DNA of 63,815 nt, the filler included, from Lama guanicoe (taxonomy: Eukaryota), in NCBI GenBank assembly GCA_013239625.1. It is 190 parts of 190 records of this genome, joined end to end, with 100 filler letters (N's around TTAATTAATTAA, not from the genome) between each part and the next. Parts side by side here need not be neighbours in the genome. Positions count along the whole stretch, not along the records: positions 61,220 to 61,456 come from PNXV01045548.1; positions 61,557 to 61,793 come from PNXV01045549.1; positions 61,894 to 62,130 come from PNXV01045550.1; positions 62,231 to 62,467 come from PNXV01045551.1; positions 62,568 to 62,804 come from PNXV01045552.1; positions 62,905 to 63,141 come from PNXV01045553.1; positions 63,242 to 63,478 come from PNXV01045554.1; positions 63,579 to 63,815 come from PNXV01045555.1; 182 more parts are not named here. One strand, written 5' to 3'. Under the pieces are notes generated by a model that saw nothing but the letters and a program-made list of their open reading frames with translations, was not told where the DNA came from and made no database searches. This document shows, piece by piece, positions 61,220 through 63,815 of the stretch (its first letter is position 1; each line of letters opens with the position of its first letter). The translations under genes were made by a program, and so were the position numbers.

Positions 61220-61456
61220 TGTTAAAAATGGAAGCACAGTTGATTTACAGTATTATATTAGTATCAAGAGTACAGCATGATAATTCAATATTTTTATAGC
61301 TTATATGCCACTTAGAGTTATTGCAAAATAATGGCTGTATTCCCCTGTGCTGTACAAACTGTCCTTGCAGCTGATCTATTTTATATATAGTAGTTTGCAC
61401 CTCTCAGTCCCCTACCCCTAATCGCCCCTCCCCACTCCCTCTTCCTACTGGTAACC
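61220..61456 (-). mobile_element. LINE-1 3' terminus (antisense)
   Basis: 'gaagcacagttgatttacagtattatattagt...ttcccctgtgctgtaca...tctattttatatatagtagtttg...ctggtaacc'. Confidence 0.85.
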
Positions 61457-62230
61457 NNNNNNNNNNNNNNNNNNNNNNNNNNNNNNNNNNNNNNNNNNNN
61501 TTAATTAATTAANNNNNNNNNNNNNNNNNNNNNNNNNNNNNNNNNNNNNNNNNNNNAATAACTGCAACCAGGAGGTAATGACGGTCACACCCCAAAAACA
61601 CAACCAACACCCTCTTAGGAAAACATCAGCTCATAGTTCACAGCTCTGTCTACTAAACTCATGACCAGTGTTCAAAGGGCTGCATTTGCTACCCACAGGA
61701 GGCACTTGAAAAACAGATGCAGGCATTATAACCGTTACTGAATTCTTGTTTTCATCCTAATCTTATTAATGTGGATTCCAGACTAGCTACCACNNNNNNN
61801 NNNNNNNNNNNNNNNNNNNNNNNNNNNNNNNNNNNNNTTAATTAATTAANNNNNNNNNNNNNNNNNNNNNNNNNNNNNNNNNNNNNNNNNNNNAAACCTT
61901 ACATAAGACATCATAAAATGGTCCAGGGGCCAAGAAAAAAAAATCTGGGAAAGAGTTGTTCTCCCAGTAGCTCTAAAGTTGTAAATATTTAGGAGAGACA
62001 ATGGAGAGACTTTGGAGAAAAAGCTCATTCTAGATTTTCACCCAGCAAGTCTCATATTCTTCCTGCAGAGAGGAGTGTGACGGAAAGTCTGGCCCAGAAG
62101 TTCTATTACTCTGGGCTAGATTTTTATTATNNNNNNNNNNNNNNNNNNNNNNNNNNNNNNNNNNNNNNNNNNNNTTAATTAATTAANNNNNNNNNNNNNN
62201 NNNNNNNNNNNNNNNNNNNNNNNNNNNNNN

Positions 62231-62467
62231 AGTGCTATAGTTTGAAATTTATTAGAAACCAGTATATCTCCTTGAAGAGGAAGCATTTTGCAAAATCATC
62301 AGAAGAAAACAATTACCTGCCTATTAATGACAAAATATTTAACAACAAGGGTTAAACACCGTTACACTATAATCGATAAAGAGACCTGGTCACAATAACC
62401 AGAATTATGACTGGTCACATTTCAGATATACCAGAATTTTAGGGAGTCCATATTTGAAGGAAAAGCT
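62231..62467. mobile_element. Possible ERV1 (MER4-group) internal non-coding fragment
   Basis: AT-rich sequence with 'cagaattatgactg...cagatataccagaattttagg', resembling MER4-group internal regions. Confidence 0.35.
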
Positions 62468-63815
62468 NNNNNNNNNNNNNNNNNNNNNNNNNNNNNNNNN
62501 NNNNNNNNNNNTTAATTAATTAANNNNNNNNNNNNNNNNNNNNNNNNNNNNNNNNNNNNNNNNNNNNCCTCACAATGGCTAGAAGGTGCAAAGATGATAA
62601 AGAAAATTATAATACAAACTGAAAGCCTGTGATTAGGAAACAGCAGATGGGAAATGGGAAAAACAAAACCCAACTAAGTATATCCAATACTGCATTCCTT
62701 ACAGTTAGCAGTACAGCTCCACACATGAATTACCTTCTGTTCTATTATATAGGAAGAGCACAACTTTGTGCCTTACCTTGTCTACAAATTACTCTATATA
62801 ATGTNNNNNNNNNNNNNNNNNNNNNNNNNNNNNNNNNNNNNNNNNNNNTTAATTAATTAANNNNNNNNNNNNNNNNNNNNNNNNNNNNNNNNNNNNNNNN
62901 NNNNCCACAAGGGTTTTCCATCTTCTCTCAGGAAATGGAAGATTCTAGAATCAGTGGATCGTTTTCTCATGCCTTTATTTTATAGATCAACAACTCCCAA
63001 GAAACAAGCAGGACATTATAAAATATAGGGGAACATGAGGCTATTTATGATTGTCACAGTCCCTTTCAATTCGAGGGCCACTCAACACTCACCACGAGAA
63101 GACCAGAGGGATGCTGGAAGTGGAACACCCTCTGGAAGATGNNNNNNNNNNNNNNNNNNNNNNNNNNNNNNNNNNNNNNNNNNNNTTAATTAATTAANNN
63201 NNNNNNNNNNNNNNNNNNNNNNNNNNNNNNNNNNNNNNNNNCCGCTTAGAAAAGAAGGTTCCTGAAAAAGACAGAACTATTTACATGCTTCAGTCAATTA
63301 AGAGAGAAGGTTGGTATAAGCGGTAAGTCTGTTATTTTGAGAAAGAAATTTGATATAATGGAAATGTTTATAGATATTACAGGTAAGGTTGTAAAAACTA
63401 AGATCCCGTGTCCTGCTGTGTCACAAGACACGCAAGTATTGGGAAAACGGCATTTCTACAACGAGAGGAATCACTATCNNNNNNNNNNNNNNNNNNNNNN
63501 NNNNNNNNNNNNNNNNNNNNNNTTAATTAATTAANNNNNNNNNNNNNNNNNNNNNNNNNNNNNNNNNNNNNNNNNNNNAAATGGAAATTCAATGGTCATT
63601 TTTTCCCATGTCATTTCTCATGATTGTATTTGAAACAAGTAAACTTGAGTCATGATATACTTATCCTAGTTAAAAATAATAATAAATAAGAGATTCTAAT
63701 AAATTATGCCAAAAGATACTAATAAAATTAGTGTTTTATCATGGCTTAAACTTTCTTCATGTTAAAAGCCCATTGCTTCTGTAGGCATCAAAATTTCACT
63801 CTGTGTATTCATCTG

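Overview
This is not a contiguous locus. It is an artificial concatenation of 190 tiny unplaced contigs (about 236 bp up to ~35,950, then about 237 bp, so size-sorted). They are joined by 189 copies of a 100-nt linker, N44-TTAATTAATTAA-N44, which has stops in all six frames. The DNA is mammalian, most probably camelid, judged from tRNA-Ala-derived Vic-1-type SINE fragments and cetartiodactyl-type L1 3' ends. Adjacency between contigs has no biological meaning, and most ORFs in the supplied track are artefacts of reading through Ns. Most contigs are intronic/intergenic DNA or old repeat fragments (L1, L2, MIR, MLT1, Tigger1, MER5, ERV). Four gene fragments are recognisable: an IGLV9-like lambda V pseudogene with two stops, a mast-cell tryptase fragment with a +1 frameshift that a downstream acceptor could bypass, a complete VILL exon, and a KRT71-like exon. 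Other notable items are a heptamer satellite with a ~189-bp higher-order unit in three contigs, a pair of divergent contigs with exactly 49-bp identical ends (a de Bruijn bubble), an ERV-like LTR with a duplicated AP-1/MARE enhancer, and several unidentified candidate exons. I found no evidence of a multi-gene novel system. All family assignments come from recall of consensus sequences, not from database searches.
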